From a virus (lineage: Duplodnaviria; Caudoviricetes): 64,000 nt of DNA. The notes below the pieces were generated by a model. It was not told the DNA's origin, did not search any database, and saw nothing but the letters and a program-made list of their open reading frames with translations. The stretch is taken from positions 160,001-224,000 of the IMG/VR virus record IMGVR_UViG_3300002835_000001. One strand, written 5' to 3'. The translations under genes and the position numbers were made by a program. Positions 1 to 10,973 of the stretch are shown piece by piece; position 1 is the stretch's first letter; each line of letters starts with the position of its first letter.

Positions 1-1883
1 ATTGCATAGTACGTTGTGTTACCAATAGGTACATGTGATAGTATTGGGTTGGTCTGTATTAAATTACCCTCTCCTCTTACACTACTCCAACCAATGAATG
101 TGGTGTCGTTTGTTGTTACTCCGGTAATTGTTATTGAAGAGTCAATTAAAACTTTTTTAGTTAAACTTTGAGCATTTGTTGTTCCGTCGGTAACATAACC
201 TGTTGCGGTTGAATTAACTTTGTATATTTCATATGTAACAGTAGTATTAAATGGATCATTTACCTCAGTTATTGTGAATGAGCTAATACACTCAACTGCT
301 GTAGGTGTAGGAGTTGGTGTAGGTGTACTTGTTGGTGTAGGAGTAGGCGTACTACTTGCTGTTGGTGTAGGAGTAGGCGTACTACTTGCTGTAGGTGTAG
401 GCGTTGCCGTTACCACACCTAAGTCTACATCAAATTCACAATTATTAGTTGAGGTAGGTGTAGGAGTTGGTGTTGCCGTTACCACACCTAAGTCTACATC
501 AAATTCACAATTATTAGTTGCGGTAGGTGTTGGGGTAGATGTAGGGGTACTTGTTGGTGTAGGTGTAGGTGTACTTGTTGGTGTTGAGGTAGGTGTCGGA
601 GTAGGTGTTGCCGTTACCACACCTAAGTCTACATCAAATTCACAATTATTAGTTGCGGTAGGTGTCGGAGTTGGGGTTGCAGTAACCACACCTAAGTCTA
701 CATCAAATTCACAATTTGGTGTTGGGGTTGGGGTTGGCGTTGGTGTTGCCGTTACCACACCTAAGTCTACATCAAAGTTACAATTTGGTGTTGGTGTAGG
801 AGTAGGTGTTGGGGTTGCTGTTACAACATTTAGATCCACTCCAAATTCACAATTATTAGTTGGTGTAGGGGTCGGTGTAGGCGTTGCGGTAACTACATTC
901 AAATCAACACCGAATTCACAATTATTGGTAGGTGTCGGAGTTGGTGTTGGGGTTGCGGTTACAACATTCAAGTCCACATCAAATTCACAAACAGGTGTAG
1001 GAGTTGGTGTTGGTGTTGGTGTTGCTGTTACAATTCCTAAATCAACGTCAAACGCACAATCACCTGTAGGTGTTGGTGTAGGACTTGTGGTCGGTGTAGG
1101 AGTTGGGGTCCCTGTTGGCGTAGGTGTTGGCGTCCTTGTCGGTGTAGGGGTTGGGGTTGACGTAGGACTTGTGGTCGGTGTAGGGGTTGCAGTAGGTGTT
1201 GCAGTAGGTGTTGGAGTTGGGGTCTTTGTTGGTGTCGGGGTTGGGGTCTTTGTTGGTGTTGGGGTTGGCGTTACAAATGCCTCACAATTAACAGTTATAA
1301 TTTTAGTTACTTGTTCAGTTGTCCATGGTGATACTAATTTTACAATAACAGTTCTATCTCCATTGCTTGTGTATTGTTTTGTTGCTTGTCCATTAACCGG
1401 TAAATTTGAAGATGTACCATCTCCCCAATAGACCGTAAACACCGCAGTTTCCATTGGTTTTAATTTACCTACATTTGTTGTGTTATATACAATTAAATCA
1501 AATGTACTTGAGCCACATATACCACTATATGAGAAATTAGCACTAAATTTATCATCATTGATGTTACCATCAAATTCAACCATTGGTCCATATTCATCAA
1601 CTTTTGCATTTAAATAAAGTGGTAATTGATAGTCTCCATAAACTTTAGTTGGGTCAATAAAATTCCATATATTTGGGGTTGGTGTACCCCACACATAATG
1701 TCCATCTGTAACTGTACTTCCTGTTATATTATAAACAGTTGTACCTGTAAGTAACGTTGTGTTTGATAAAGTATTCCAAAAAATAATGTTACCATCATAG
1801 TCATACCAAGCTTGGTCTGTTAATGAAACCAATTTTACTTGTAGTATACTCTTCCTTTGTATGGTATGTTTTATTCTTTTCAC
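1..1883 (-). CDS. Partial (runs off left edge) PT-repeat/Cys-repeat virion protein, probably a tail fibre or decoration protein; not in the ORF track
   Basis: Manual minus-strand translation from GTG at 1883 gives [19 protein letters not shown]...YWGDGT...(PT)n with [12 protein letters not shown] repeats...[19 protein letters not shown]...TTYYA. No stop was seen in the portions read. The frame is the antisense of the GV-repeat ORF 220..1431. Confidence 0.85.
   Translation of the reverse strand, partial: MKRIKHTIQRKSILQVKLVSLTDQAWYDYDGNIIFWNTLSNTTLLTGTTVYNITGSTVTDGHYVWGTPTPNIWNFIDPTKVYGDYQLPLYLNAKVDEYGPMVEFDGNINDDKFSANFSYSGICGSSTFDLIVYNTTNVGKLKPMETAVFTVYWGDGTSSNLPVNGQATKQYTSNGDRTVIVKLVSPWTTEQVTKIITVNCEAFVTPTPTPTKTPTPTPTKTPTPTPTATPTATPTPTTSPTSTPTPTPTRTPTPTPTGTPTPTPTTSPTPTPTGDCAFDVDLGIVTATPTPTPTPTPVCEFDVDLNVVTATPTPTPTPTNNCEFGVDLNVVTATPTPTPTPTNNCEFGVDLNVVTATPTPTPTPTPNCNFDVDLGVVTATPTPTPTPTPNCEFDVDLGVVTATPTPTPTATNNCEFDVDLGVVTATPTPTPTSTPTSTPTPTPTSTPTSTPTPTATNNCEFDVDLGVVTATPTPTPTSTNNCEFDVDLGVVTATPTPTASSTPTPTPTASSTPTPTPTSTPTPTPTPTAVECISSFTITEVNDPFNTTVTYEIYKVNSTATGYVTDGTTNAQSLTKKVLIDSSITITGVTTNDTTFIGWSSVRGEGNLIQTNPILSHVPIGNTTYYA
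300..1275. repeat. Coding tandem repeats: (PT)n linkers interleaved with 9 copies of C[EAN]F[DG]VDL[GN][VI]VTA
   Basis: Plus-strand unit gccgttaccacacctaagtctacatcaaattcacaatt and variants recur at about 406, 475, 611, 679, 748, 817, 886, 955 and 1024. Confidence 0.9.
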
Positions 1884-1964
1884 CTACTATAAATAACATA
1901 AATTAACTTTTCATCATTATAATCAATTTTAAAATTTTAAAATGGCTAATAAACCAAAATAAAC

Positions 1965-1992
1965 AAAAAACCCCTTATAATAAAGGGGTTTT
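1965..1992 (-). terminator. Rho-independent terminator (possibly bidirectional)
   Basis: AAAACCCCTT-ataata-AAGGGGTTTT hairpin with T-rich tail on the minus strand, downstream of 2015..2587. Confidence 0.75.
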
Positions 1993-2014
1993 AATATTGA
2001 ATAGTTTTGATTGT

Positions 2015-2587
2015 TTAAACGCTAGCACCGGAATTAATTGATAATGCAACATAGTCAGTTCCACTACTAATGCCAATTGTATGTGTGTATGATGTTGCAC
2101 TACCACTTTGTGTTGGACATGTTGATGAACCTACTCCTGACATTGGGTATGTGTCTACACTTTCAATTACCACAACATCTCCAAGTTCCAAATTGTTAAT
2201 TGTATAAAGTAAACCACAATTCGATGGTAGTGGTTCAAGGTTGTTTAAAGTGGTAGGTGAACTACCATTTACTGTAAATGTTATGATAGCATTCTGAGGT
2301 GTAGCGTCTTCGTCTTTACCATAAACCTGTAAACTAACTGTTACAGGTTCAGGTTCTGAAATCTGCCAACTTCTTGTCGTTGTACATGTTCCTGTACTAG
2401 CAATTGTACCACCTGTTAAAGTTTCGTAAATTGTATCTACTGCATGTCCGGCGGTTAATTGTGTTTTAGTAACCCCTGTGGCCAACCAATAGGTTGTTCC
2501 CGCACTTGTTGTTCCAGAAATGTTAAAGGGACCAGCAACGTATGTTGTTCCTGTATATGCCGATTGTAATGTGAATGTTAATCTCAT
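2015..2587 (-). CDS. Small T/S/G-rich beta-sandwich virion protein (hypothetical)
   Basis: 190-aa T/G/S-rich ORF; TATTTATA motif 15 nt upstream; lies in the structural cluster. Confidence 0.65.
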   Translation of the reverse strand: MRLTFTLQSAYTGTTYVAGPFNISGTTSAGTTYWLATGVTKTQLTAGHAVDTIYETLTGGTIASTGTCTTTRSWQISEPEPVTVSLQVYGKDEDATPQNAIITFTVNGSSPTTLNNLEPLPSNCGLLYTINNLELGDVVVIESVDTYPMSGVGSSTCPTQSGSATSYTHTIGISSGTDYVALSINSGASV

Positions 2588-2668
2588 CGTTTGTTGTTTT
2601 TATATAAATATCTGTTTATTTTGTTTTTTTATTATGTTCCTAAAGTATAATTTATTAAAAGAACGTTA

Positions 2669-4588
2669 TTAATCGGATGTACATGTTGGGCAATCGGTAT
2701 AGGTTGAACTTACGTAGTAAATTTGTGGATGCATATTACCGATATAACCTCCTAAATATGGTATGGATTTAAGTGGGAACACATCTGTGACTTTTCTACA
2801 AACTCCATCATTGGCATTTGTTTTAATTACAGAATCAATTGCTGGTTTTGTTGTTGACCATATTGGGTAACCAATTAAATCGGTCAAATCTCCGTCACAC
2901 CTTACAGTTGTAATATTCCAATGTGGAATACATTCAGTACAATCATTAATTTCACCACCTCCAGTTAATATTGGTCCTACTGGAACTGAATAAGTTGATC
3001 CTTCTATTCCTCCAGGTAATGGTACTACAACTTTAGGTCCAACAAACTCTCCAATATACCCCGTAATTTCTACACAGCTATTACCAGGATTTACTAATGT
3101 ACCATTTGCATCATACTCATGATATAAATATAATTGACCTATTTGTGGACTTATAGAATTCAACACATAAGGTGAAATATCATAAACAATGATTTCATCC
3201 TCACCACACGTTACACCTGAATAAGTATAATATGTAAATCCTGTAAATGGTGGTTGACAATCAAAACATGGATTTGCACCTTCTTCTTTTGTTTTACCGT
3301 CCATATTAATTGTCCATGTTGGTGGTTCAGAATTAAGTTCAATTATTGAATAACATGTTCCACTTATTGTATAAACATCCCCTTCCGTTAATTGAGTTGA
3401 ACTTCTTGCGTTATATGTCCCTGTATATCCTGTACCAAAACCACATGGGTTAGATGTATCAAAATAATAAGCAGTATGTGCTGGGTCGGAATAATCCATT
3501 GCACTTGGTAACCCACACAAACCAGGAATTGTGATAATACCAAAACCAGTATTGGTTACTTGAGTATATGTATATCTCATATCATTACAATCACCTAATG
3601 CATACCAATAATATGTTGTTGGGTCAGTTGTTGCAGTAGGAGTTGGTGTTGCGGTTGATGTTGCAGTTGGTGTTGGTGTTGAAGTACTACTTGGTGTTGG
3701 CGTTGAAGTACTACTTGGTGTTGGCGTTGGGGTCTTTGTTGGCGTTGGTGTAGGTGTAGCTGTTGGTACAGGAATACCATTTCTTTCATAAAATTTTATT
3801 GAGTCGACACTTTCACCGACCCTATCTCCAGTTGTTCCCGTGTATCTAAAGTATTGATACGAATAATCGGTTCTATCAATAACAAGTTTATAATACATGT
3901 CATTCGCCTCGTTTATTTCAACGTTACTATAAATTGGTCTATTAACAAAATCTAATATTGTACCATCATTTGCATTAAAAAACTTAGTGGTCATCCAAAA
4001 TGTATCACCACTTAAAACCGTTTCAGATAAAACACTTTCATCCTGAAACCAAAATAAGTACATATTCTCTTTGTTTCTATAATTTGACCCCATAAAAACA
4101 GGGAAGAATATGTCCTCATTTATATTATTTCCCGTATAAAAATATTTTTCACCTAAGGGTAAAGATAGATTTTTTGCAAATGATAATTTTCTATTTACTC
4201 TTGTTGGTGGTTCATAAGTTGTTCCTGAAATATGTGGTGTTTTATAAAACTCTAACCTAAAGAAACTTTGGGTTGCTTGTTTTAACATTTTTGCATTTTC
4301 GTGAGTATCTATACCAACAATATTATAATCTTGGGTATATGATGTTCCACTAACAAAATAAAAATTATACCATATATCTGTTTGGCTAAATGTTAATCCG
4401 CTAACAGTTGTATTATATGGCTTGTGGATATATCTAACTGTTTCATAATTCTCAATAGGATTAATGATTGTACTTAACACTTCATCCTCGAACTGAATCA
4501 TATTTTCTTGCCAACCTAAATCATTTAGAAAATCCTGTTCCTTATTTATGATAAGGTTTTGGTTTTCATCTTTTCTTAATATTTCCAT
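2669..4588 (-). CDS. Baseplate/fibre-associated structural protein with PT linker and Cys-rich C-terminal modules
   Basis: ATG at 4588 overlaps the upstream stop (TAATG). Central (PT)n tract; C-terminal CxxC motifs (CFDC, CTEC, CPTC). Confidence 0.7.
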   Translation of the reverse strand: MEILRKDENQNLIINKEQDFLNDLGWQENMIQFEDEVLSTIINPIENYETVRYIHKPYNTTVSGLTFSQTDIWYNFYFVSGTSYTQDYNIVGIDTHENAKMLKQATQSFFRLEFYKTPHISGTTYEPPTRVNRKLSFAKNLSLPLGEKYFYTGNNINEDIFFPVFMGSNYRNKENMYLFWFQDESVLSETVLSGDTFWMTTKFFNANDGTILDFVNRPIYSNVEINEANDMYYKLVIDRTDYSYQYFRYTGTTGDRVGESVDSIKFYERNGIPVPTATPTPTPTKTPTPTPSSTSTPTPSSTSTPTPTATSTATPTPTATTDPTTYYWYALGDCNDMRYTYTQVTNTGFGIITIPGLCGLPSAMDYSDPAHTAYYFDTSNPCGFGTGYTGTYNARSSTQLTEGDVYTISGTCYSIIELNSEPPTWTINMDGKTKEEGANPCFDCQPPFTGFTYYTYSGVTCGEDEIIVYDISPYVLNSISPQIGQLYLYHEYDANGTLVNPGNSCVEITGYIGEFVGPKVVVPLPGGIEGSTYSVPVGPILTGGGEINDCTECIPHWNITTVRCDGDLTDLIGYPIWSTTKPAIDSVIKTNANDGVCRKVTDVFPLKSIPYLGGYIGNMHPQIYYVSSTYTDCPTCTSD

Positions 4589-6384
4589 TAGCAATCAAAA
4601 TTAGGTGGAGTCAATCCAAGAGGTTTATTGTTATATTGTCTCTCATTTCTTAAATATAAGTTGATGTCTGTTCTAACATAATGTGTACCGTTTGTGAATG
4701 GAAACTTAGTTCCATTACCATCCACATCTATATATCCGTGGTCATATAGGTCTCTCCATCTCCAAACCTTTTCATTTGTGTCGAACGTAACATTTTCAGG
4801 TAAATTATAGATATCGTTTGTTGCCGCACTTTCTAAATAAGGTGACAATTGTCTTAGTTTAACTCTGTGAAATGGTTGATAATACAATCCAATTGGATTG
4901 TTTGCGGTCGCACCTGAGTATAAAGGTCCATTTGGGTCACTATTATCTTGATTGTGATTAAATCGTGTTATTGGTGCTGTAAATTTATGATACGACTCAC
5001 TAATTATTCTTTCTTTAAGTTCAATTGAATTATATTCAACGAATGCACCTGTAAGACCTGTTGTACCAATAGGTATAACATCTCCGGGTGTGAATCCTGA
5101 AACTCCTGACCTGCTAGTGAATGTTGTACCTGTCGGTATTTTAGTTTCTGTGTTCCCCGTTGTACTACCACTAAAATGTTCATCTATCCAACTATTATGA
5201 AAATTAAATTTATGTCCTACTTTTGGTGGGTAATTAAAATAACCTTGCCCATTTTTATAAATGGTGGTTACATATACTTCTGTTGGTGTGTATCCTAAAT
5301 TATTCGTTAAACCTGTTAATATAAAAGGTTCTTTGAAATCAAATAAAACAGATTCCATTCTATTTCTTTCAACTAAAACATCATTCTCTCCTGAGAAATT
5401 TTCAAATATTAATTTCTTTTCATCTTCCCATATTGGTGTTTCAAATCCAACCTTATCCAAAATATATGAGTTCGCATCTGTTAGTGTTTTATGTTTATGT
5501 ACATAATATTTAGATGTTGACCCGTTTATATTATTTCTATCTAAAACTCTTTTTCCCACCATAACATTTGTAAAAGTGGTTCCCGATTTTAATTGATTTT
5601 TTAAAATATTAATGACGTAATTTTGTGAATTATGAAATTCATTTCCTATGGTATTAATATAAAATGTTCTACCTGTTGTTGTTCCTGTTAAAGTAGTTCC
5701 TGAGAGTGTAATATATTCACCCGCCTTCATCCCATGTTCAACAGGACTTGTTAATTCGTACATTGTACCTCCACTATATGAAACCCTAAATGGAATTCCA
5801 TCACCCGCTTTAAAATTTCGTATAATATTAGTTCCTTCTGTTTTTGTTGCTCCTGATAGTGTATACGTCATTGTATACCCCGAATCACTACCATAAACAT
5901 AACTTAAATAAACGTTCCAATTTTGATATGGTGCCGTTATTGGTGTTACAATCGTGTGTCCCGTTGGTCCTACTAATTTAAAATGTGCTTGCGTATATCC
6001 TGTTAATGTTGTACCTGTTTGTGGTTCATTATATTCTCTAACAACATCTCTTCTTAATAATGCAAATTCATCGTAAGGTAAAAATCCTGTGTGGTCTGTT
6101 GTTGTTCCATTACCAACCAAATATAATCTATCTTTTAAATAAGTGTAATCCGTGTTACCACTATACATGTTACGGAAAACCATTTTTATTTTACCAAAAA
6201 TTTTATATTTTTTACTTTCGTTTCTTTCCTTGTCGTATAATTTATCAATATCTAAAATAATATCTCTATCACCGATTCTCATTAATGATTCGGTTGTTTC
6301 AAGATTTAATCTTAAATCTAATTCTTCTGTATCCGCTTTTTTAAATCTCTTACTTGGTAAGAGTATTTTTTTATTCTCTTCCAT
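4588..6384 (-). CDS. Baseplate-region structural protein (hypothetical)
   Basis: 598-aa ORF translationally coupled on both sides (TAATG overlaps); rich in [S/T]GxT motifs. Confidence 0.65.
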   Translation of the reverse strand: MEENKKILLPSKRFKKADTEELDLRLNLETTESLMRIGDRDIILDIDKLYDKERNESKKYKIFGKIKMVFRNMYSGNTDYTYLKDRLYLVGNGTTTDHTGFLPYDEFALLRRDVVREYNEPQTGTTLTGYTQAHFKLVGPTGHTIVTPITAPYQNWNVYLSYVYGSDSGYTMTYTLSGATKTEGTNIIRNFKAGDGIPFRVSYSGGTMYELTSPVEHGMKAGEYITLSGTTLTGTTTGRTFYINTIGNEFHNSQNYVINILKNQLKSGTTFTNVMVGKRVLDRNNINGSTSKYYVHKHKTLTDANSYILDKVGFETPIWEDEKKLIFENFSGENDVLVERNRMESVLFDFKEPFILTGLTNNLGYTPTEVYVTTIYKNGQGYFNYPPKVGHKFNFHNSWIDEHFSGSTTGNTETKIPTGTTFTSRSGVSGFTPGDVIPIGTTGLTGAFVEYNSIELKERIISESYHKFTAPITRFNHNQDNSDPNGPLYSGATANNPIGLYYQPFHRVKLRQLSPYLESAATNDIYNLPENVTFDTNEKVWRWRDLYDHGYIDVDGNGTKFPFTNGTHYVRTDINLYLRNERQYNNKPLGLTPPNFDC

Positions 6385-9300
6385 TATTCAGCTGATGGGA
6401 AGGCTCCTTTTGGCCCATAATATTTTATTAATGCATCTAATGATGTCTTATCGGGTCTCAATCCAAAGTAAAATAAGAATGGTGTTGATAATACTTGTTT
6501 TCTTCCATCATAATTTGTTTGTGTTTGAAATAGAAAAGTTTCTCTATAATCTTTAACGTACTTGTCGGGTTGTTCGACCCACGTTTTATTTACCACAACA
6601 TATGTTGTACCACTAGCCGGATTTTTTACCCATACCGATGTGTCAATTGTAAATCCAGATTGTACGTGTAACCAAATATCGCCCTCAACATTCGTATATT
6701 GAGCAGCATTTGCTGTAGTATTTGGTGCATTTAAACTAATATTTTCAAATCTTTCCAACATATCTGTTGTATTACCCGTAAATGAATATTGTGGGTGAGT
6801 TATTGTCATTGGTTTTAATAAGTATTCTTCTTCACCATCTGCCATTAAATAATTTGTTTCAGTTGCGGTAGCACCACTTATTGAAAACATTCTTTGTAAT
6901 TTCATTGATGCAATTGATGTTCTATCCCATTGTTGATCATCTTCATCGGTACTATAACTACCAAATCCTGTTCCCTTTTTATCCCACAAATAGAATGGCA
7001 CCTTTTGTGAATAATCACCCAATCTAAAATTTAAACATTGTCTTATAAATGAACCATTTGTATCTAATTTTAAATCTATTGGTGTTGGTCCAAATGTTCC
7101 TGTCGGTTTGAAAAAAGATGAAAAATAATCATCTTCCGGATCCATTAATTCACCATTATAAATAAAATAATGTGGACTATCTAAATCAAACCCTTCAATA
7201 CCTGCCTCACAATTTATTGACATTAATTGGGTTATGTCTCCGTCAAATCCCCCAACATTGGAACCCATTCCAGCTCCACTAAAGAAATCACCAACATCAA
7301 ATTTGCCACCATTTATATCTAATCTATAATTTATTGCATATTCTACAATATTTGCAGGGTCTTGATATGAAGTTGTATTAACATCTCTAATTACAGAACA
7401 CGTTGGGTCAATTCTTGGATCTTGACATATTTCATATAAAAATTCATCTCTAACCCCCACGTCATAAAATGTTGTTGGGTGTAATATTTCTTTATAGACA
7501 CTATTTGAATTTGGTTTTTGTCCGATGAATCCACCTGTGGTTCCGGTTATTGGAACGTATGGTGTTGCCCTATAATAAAATTGTTGGTCAAGTATATTAT
7601 AAAAAACTAACTCTCTTGGGTATTTTGAACCTCTTTGATTTAAATCTAAAACATTTACATCGTCCCATTTTATTCTCTTATCAAATTTAAAAAAGTATAG
7701 TACACCATTTAACCAGTTATCAATGAACGAATAATTTGTTACTCCACCACAAAAGAAAACACCAACTCTTTTTCTTCGATACCATTCCTTTATTACTGAT
7801 TGATTTTTAGATGTACCGTTAATAACAGGAACAATTGTAACGACACCATCTCTAATTTCAGTTAATCCTGATTTTGTTTTTTTAGAATATGTATTATCTC
7901 CACCCTCTAAATCTGCAACATTCGGTAGTCTCCTTGTGGTTGTGTCACCAGCAATGGCGGCCACTAAAGTATAATTCGAACCAGGACTTGTTAACGATTC
8001 ACTATATGCTGAATTAGTATAAAATGGTTTTCCCAATTGGTGAAATGAGTTAACCGTTCTACCCTCATCATATGTTACACGTTTTGTTGCTTTGTACCAT
8101 TGGGTCCCATTAGTATTACCCGCGTTTGATACATCAGTTGCGGTACCATATCCTCCAGATGATGACCATAGATATGTTAATACATTAGTTTCATCATAAA
8201 ATTTATCATACTTTGCACATCCTTGTTCAATTACTAGTTGACCTAACGCCCCCGTTGTTTTCAAACTTCCCTTATCATAAAGTCTAACAACGGCATATAA
8301 GTCCCTTATTCCATCAATACCTCCACTAGAATAATCTACACCGGCATATGTTGACCATTGATCATAGGATATCTTAATTGCTGGTCGGTTTTCATATGAT
8401 ACTCCTCCACCTGTATTATATGGTCTATATGTGTCCGGTGTAATTGAACTAACTCTTTCATAACTTTCTAGTTGTGTAGAACCTCCTCCACAATCTATTA
8501 ATTGTAATGTTGAATTAGTGCTACCTGTTTGTCCACTATAAATTGTTACCGTTTGTGTTCTATATGTATAATCACAATTATTTCTAATTAAAAGTTCAAC
8601 TTCAATATCTTCCGTTGCGGGAATTGCTCCTCCCGCTACGTCAACGTATTCAGCATAAACACTTTGATTAGGAATAACCGTAATTTTTACAGAGTTACCC
8701 GTATTTGTTGGTGATGTTACGTTAACTAATTGAAAATATGAATTTAATTGTCCGTCTACAAATGCGGAATTAAATTCTGTAAACATATCATTAAATGTGT
8801 CTGTGGATGGGTCAGTACCAGCTAGCGGATAAATTCCACCAACAAATCTTCTTTCTGATGTTGCGTTTGGATTTGAGTATGTATGTAATAATGTAATCTG
8901 ACTTTCGGTTATTCCAGTTGCACTAGTTTCTTTTGCCGACTCACCAGCATATAATTCAGTTAAAAATGTTGTACCTGTTGTTGTACTTGTATTTAAATAG
9001 TTTGGTGTTTGTCCTGACAAATAAACCAAATAAATATATCCTTCATATGGTACAACTATAGTTTTAATCTCCGCACTTCTATTATATAAACTAAGATTAC
9101 CACCACCAGAATTTTGAGTTGCACTATCAACATCGGTTGTACATTCCTCACAATCGGGGTATGTTGTTAATGGTAATATTGTTTGACCCCCCTCTTTTAC
9201 CCTCATTGCAAATTCCCTTAATCCCACACCAATTCCCATTAAATAGTGTTTACCCAAAAATTTAAATGCCATGGCCGCACCACCCACATTCCACATAACT

Positions 9301-10973
9301 CTACCTATAGTCTCAAAAACAAATATCTGTACAATTGTAAAAATATATTGTACGAATAGTAAAACTTCAGATAATATCAGTCCAAATTTTATTCTATTTC
9401 TAAATGCAAAATTGGTTGGGAAATAATTAGCTTTACTTGTACAATCATCTTCTGTATTTGGTCTAATTTCTTTTAAACCTAAAAATGCATCTCTTCTTGA
9501 AAGTCCTAAAAATGATTCTCCCGCAGATACTTCGTAGTGTGTTCCCTGAAAAGATGAAACCGTATAGACTTTACCAAAAATAAATTTATAAAAAACATCT
9601 TGTGGAACACCTAAATCACAACCAGTACACGTACCCAACATAAATGATTTTTTGTCATTTTGATATGTTGTTGACATTGTTGAACCAGTTGTTCCCTCAG
9701 GCCAAGCAATTTTTAAATAATCTTCGAACACGTCAGAAAATTGGTATGTTGTTAATAAGTCTTCATTATACTCACCTAAATCATTCTGACCATATGTGTT
9801 TGAGTTGTATTCTCTAATTTGTGGTACTAAATAATTTGCGGTTCCCGTTTTTTCATTGTTACCATCAAGTGAAAATTTAAATCTAGCAATTGTAGTTGTT
9901 GGTATACCTTTGTTTGTGTCGTTGGTGATTTCTTGTTCGCCAAATTCATTTGTAAAAACATATTCCAAGTTCATTGGTAATACAACCATTGCCGCACCAT
10001 CTTCATCAATAGTTTCAGATGGATTAAAATATTCTAATTGAGGGTATAATGTGGTCCCGTTTGAACCATAAACTTTTTTACCTGTGTATCTAACTGCGGA
10101 AATTTTACCTTCGGTAGTTTGTAGATTACATTTGTAACCAGTATTTCTTCTGATAACCCCATTTCTTTTTACGGCATCTCCATTATCGTCTGTAATTGTA
10201 GATGTTAAAATTAATGATATAGGTTCGATTCTAATACCACTTTGTGATATGTCATAATCAACCCTTGATATACCTATTTCACATAAATCAAGATTTCCCC
10301 AAAACGGGAAAACTTCAATAGTTCTATCGTATTTGATAATTTGTGGTAACCCATCTATATCTGAACTTGATTTAAATTCATAGTATCTTTCAAACTTCTC
10401 AATACCTTCTCCTCTTTTAATAAAGTCATAAGGTCTTAATGAGAAACAACCAATATCAGATAAATCTAAGTCGACATGTAATGTTTGTTTACCCACCGGC
10501 ACACCCCAAATCATGAAGTCACCCGATTCGTTAGTCTTAACGGTGTATCTATAATAATTTTCGTATACTTCTAATACTTCCTCTCTTGTTAAAATATCCG
10601 ATTGATCTGGAAAGGTTCCTGTTGGTTTGTGTCCACCATGTTGTTTTCTTGCTGGTAACAAATTATATCTATAATTGTCATCATTTTTATCTGAAACTTC
10701 GGTGTAAGGATATAACGCAGAAATTATGGGGTCGGTTGAATCTGCTTCGGTTTGAGGTACAAATATTGATACTCTAACATTAGGTATTCCAAATCCGTCA
10801 TTCGCGGTAATTCTACCACAAACCACCCCATAGTCCGCACAAAGTGATGTATAAACATCTGTTTGTGAGAATTTTAAGGATAAAATTTCCAGTTGGTCGT
10901 AGTCTTGTTTTAATTCGACAGTGACCTTCTGTTCTTTACCGATATTTGTTGAAATTCTATGTTTTTGCATCAT
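6384..10973 (-). CDS. Large baseplate wedge-associated protein (gp7-like position) with N-terminal prealbumin/carboxypeptidase-regulatory-like domain
   Basis: 1529 aa, directly downstream of the gp6-like gene. GVVCGRITANDGFGIPNVRVSIF...TNESGDFMIWGVPVG resembles a CnaB/CarboxypepD_reg fold. Confidence 0.6.
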   Translation of the reverse strand: MMQKHRISTNIGKEQKVTVELKQDYDQLEILSLKFSQTDVYTSLCADYGVVCGRITANDGFGIPNVRVSIFVPQTEADSTDPIISALYPYTEVSDKNDDNYRYNLLPARKQHGGHKPTGTFPDQSDILTREEVLEVYENYYRYTVKTNESGDFMIWGVPVGKQTLHVDLDLSDIGCFSLRPYDFIKRGEGIEKFERYYEFKSSSDIDGLPQIIKYDRTIEVFPFWGNLDLCEIGISRVDYDISQSGIRIEPISLILTSTITDDNGDAVKRNGVIRRNTGYKCNLQTTEGKISAVRYTGKKVYGSNGTTLYPQLEYFNPSETIDEDGAAMVVLPMNLEYVFTNEFGEQEITNDTNKGIPTTTIARFKFSLDGNNEKTGTANYLVPQIREYNSNTYGQNDLGEYNEDLLTTYQFSDVFEDYLKIAWPEGTTGSTMSTTYQNDKKSFMLGTCTGCDLGVPQDVFYKFIFGKVYTVSSFQGTHYEVSAGESFLGLSRRDAFLGLKEIRPNTEDDCTSKANYFPTNFAFRNRIKFGLILSEVLLFVQYIFTIVQIFVFETIGRVMWNVGGAAMAFKFLGKHYLMGIGVGLREFAMRVKEGGQTILPLTTYPDCEECTTDVDSATQNSGGGNLSLYNRSAEIKTIVVPYEGYIYLVYLSGQTPNYLNTSTTTGTTFLTELYAGESAKETSATGITESQITLLHTYSNPNATSERRFVGGIYPLAGTDPSTDTFNDMFTEFNSAFVDGQLNSYFQLVNVTSPTNTGNSVKITVIPNQSVYAEYVDVAGGAIPATEDIEVELLIRNNCDYTYRTQTVTIYSGQTGSTNSTLQLIDCGGGSTQLESYERVSSITPDTYRPYNTGGGVSYENRPAIKISYDQWSTYAGVDYSSGGIDGIRDLYAVVRLYDKGSLKTTGALGQLVIEQGCAKYDKFYDETNVLTYLWSSSGGYGTATDVSNAGNTNGTQWYKATKRVTYDEGRTVNSFHQLGKPFYTNSAYSESLTSPGSNYTLVAAIAGDTTTRRLPNVADLEGGDNTYSKKTKSGLTEIRDGVVTIVPVINGTSKNQSVIKEWYRRKRVGVFFCGGVTNYSFIDNWLNGVLYFFKFDKRIKWDDVNVLDLNQRGSKYPRELVFYNILDQQFYYRATPYVPITGTTGGFIGQKPNSNSVYKEILHPTTFYDVGVRDEFLYEICQDPRIDPTCSVIRDVNTTSYQDPANIVEYAINYRLDINGGKFDVGDFFSGAGMGSNVGGFDGDITQLMSINCEAGIEGFDLDSPHYFIYNGELMDPEDDYFSSFFKPTGTFGPTPIDLKLDTNGSFIRQCLNFRLGDYSQKVPFYLWDKKGTGFGSYSTDEDDQQWDRTSIASMKLQRMFSISGATATETNYLMADGEEEYLLKPMTITHPQYSFTGNTTDMLERFENISLNAPNTTANAAQYTNVEGDIWLHVQSGFTIDTSVWVKNPASGTTYVVVNKTWVEQPDKYVKDYRETFLFQTQTNYDGRKQVLSTPFLFYFGLRPDKTSLDALIKYYGPKGAFPSAE

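Noticed and set aside
406-1062. Near-identical ~40-nt repeats with variable spacers resembling a CRISPR array
   Set aside because: Unit spacings are multiples of 3, the spacers are low-complexity PT codons, the repeats encode a peptide, and no cas genes are present.
220-1431. 403-aa GV-repeat ORF on the plus strand
   Set aside because: It is the antisense shadow of the (PT)n repeats of the real minus-strand gene <1..1883.
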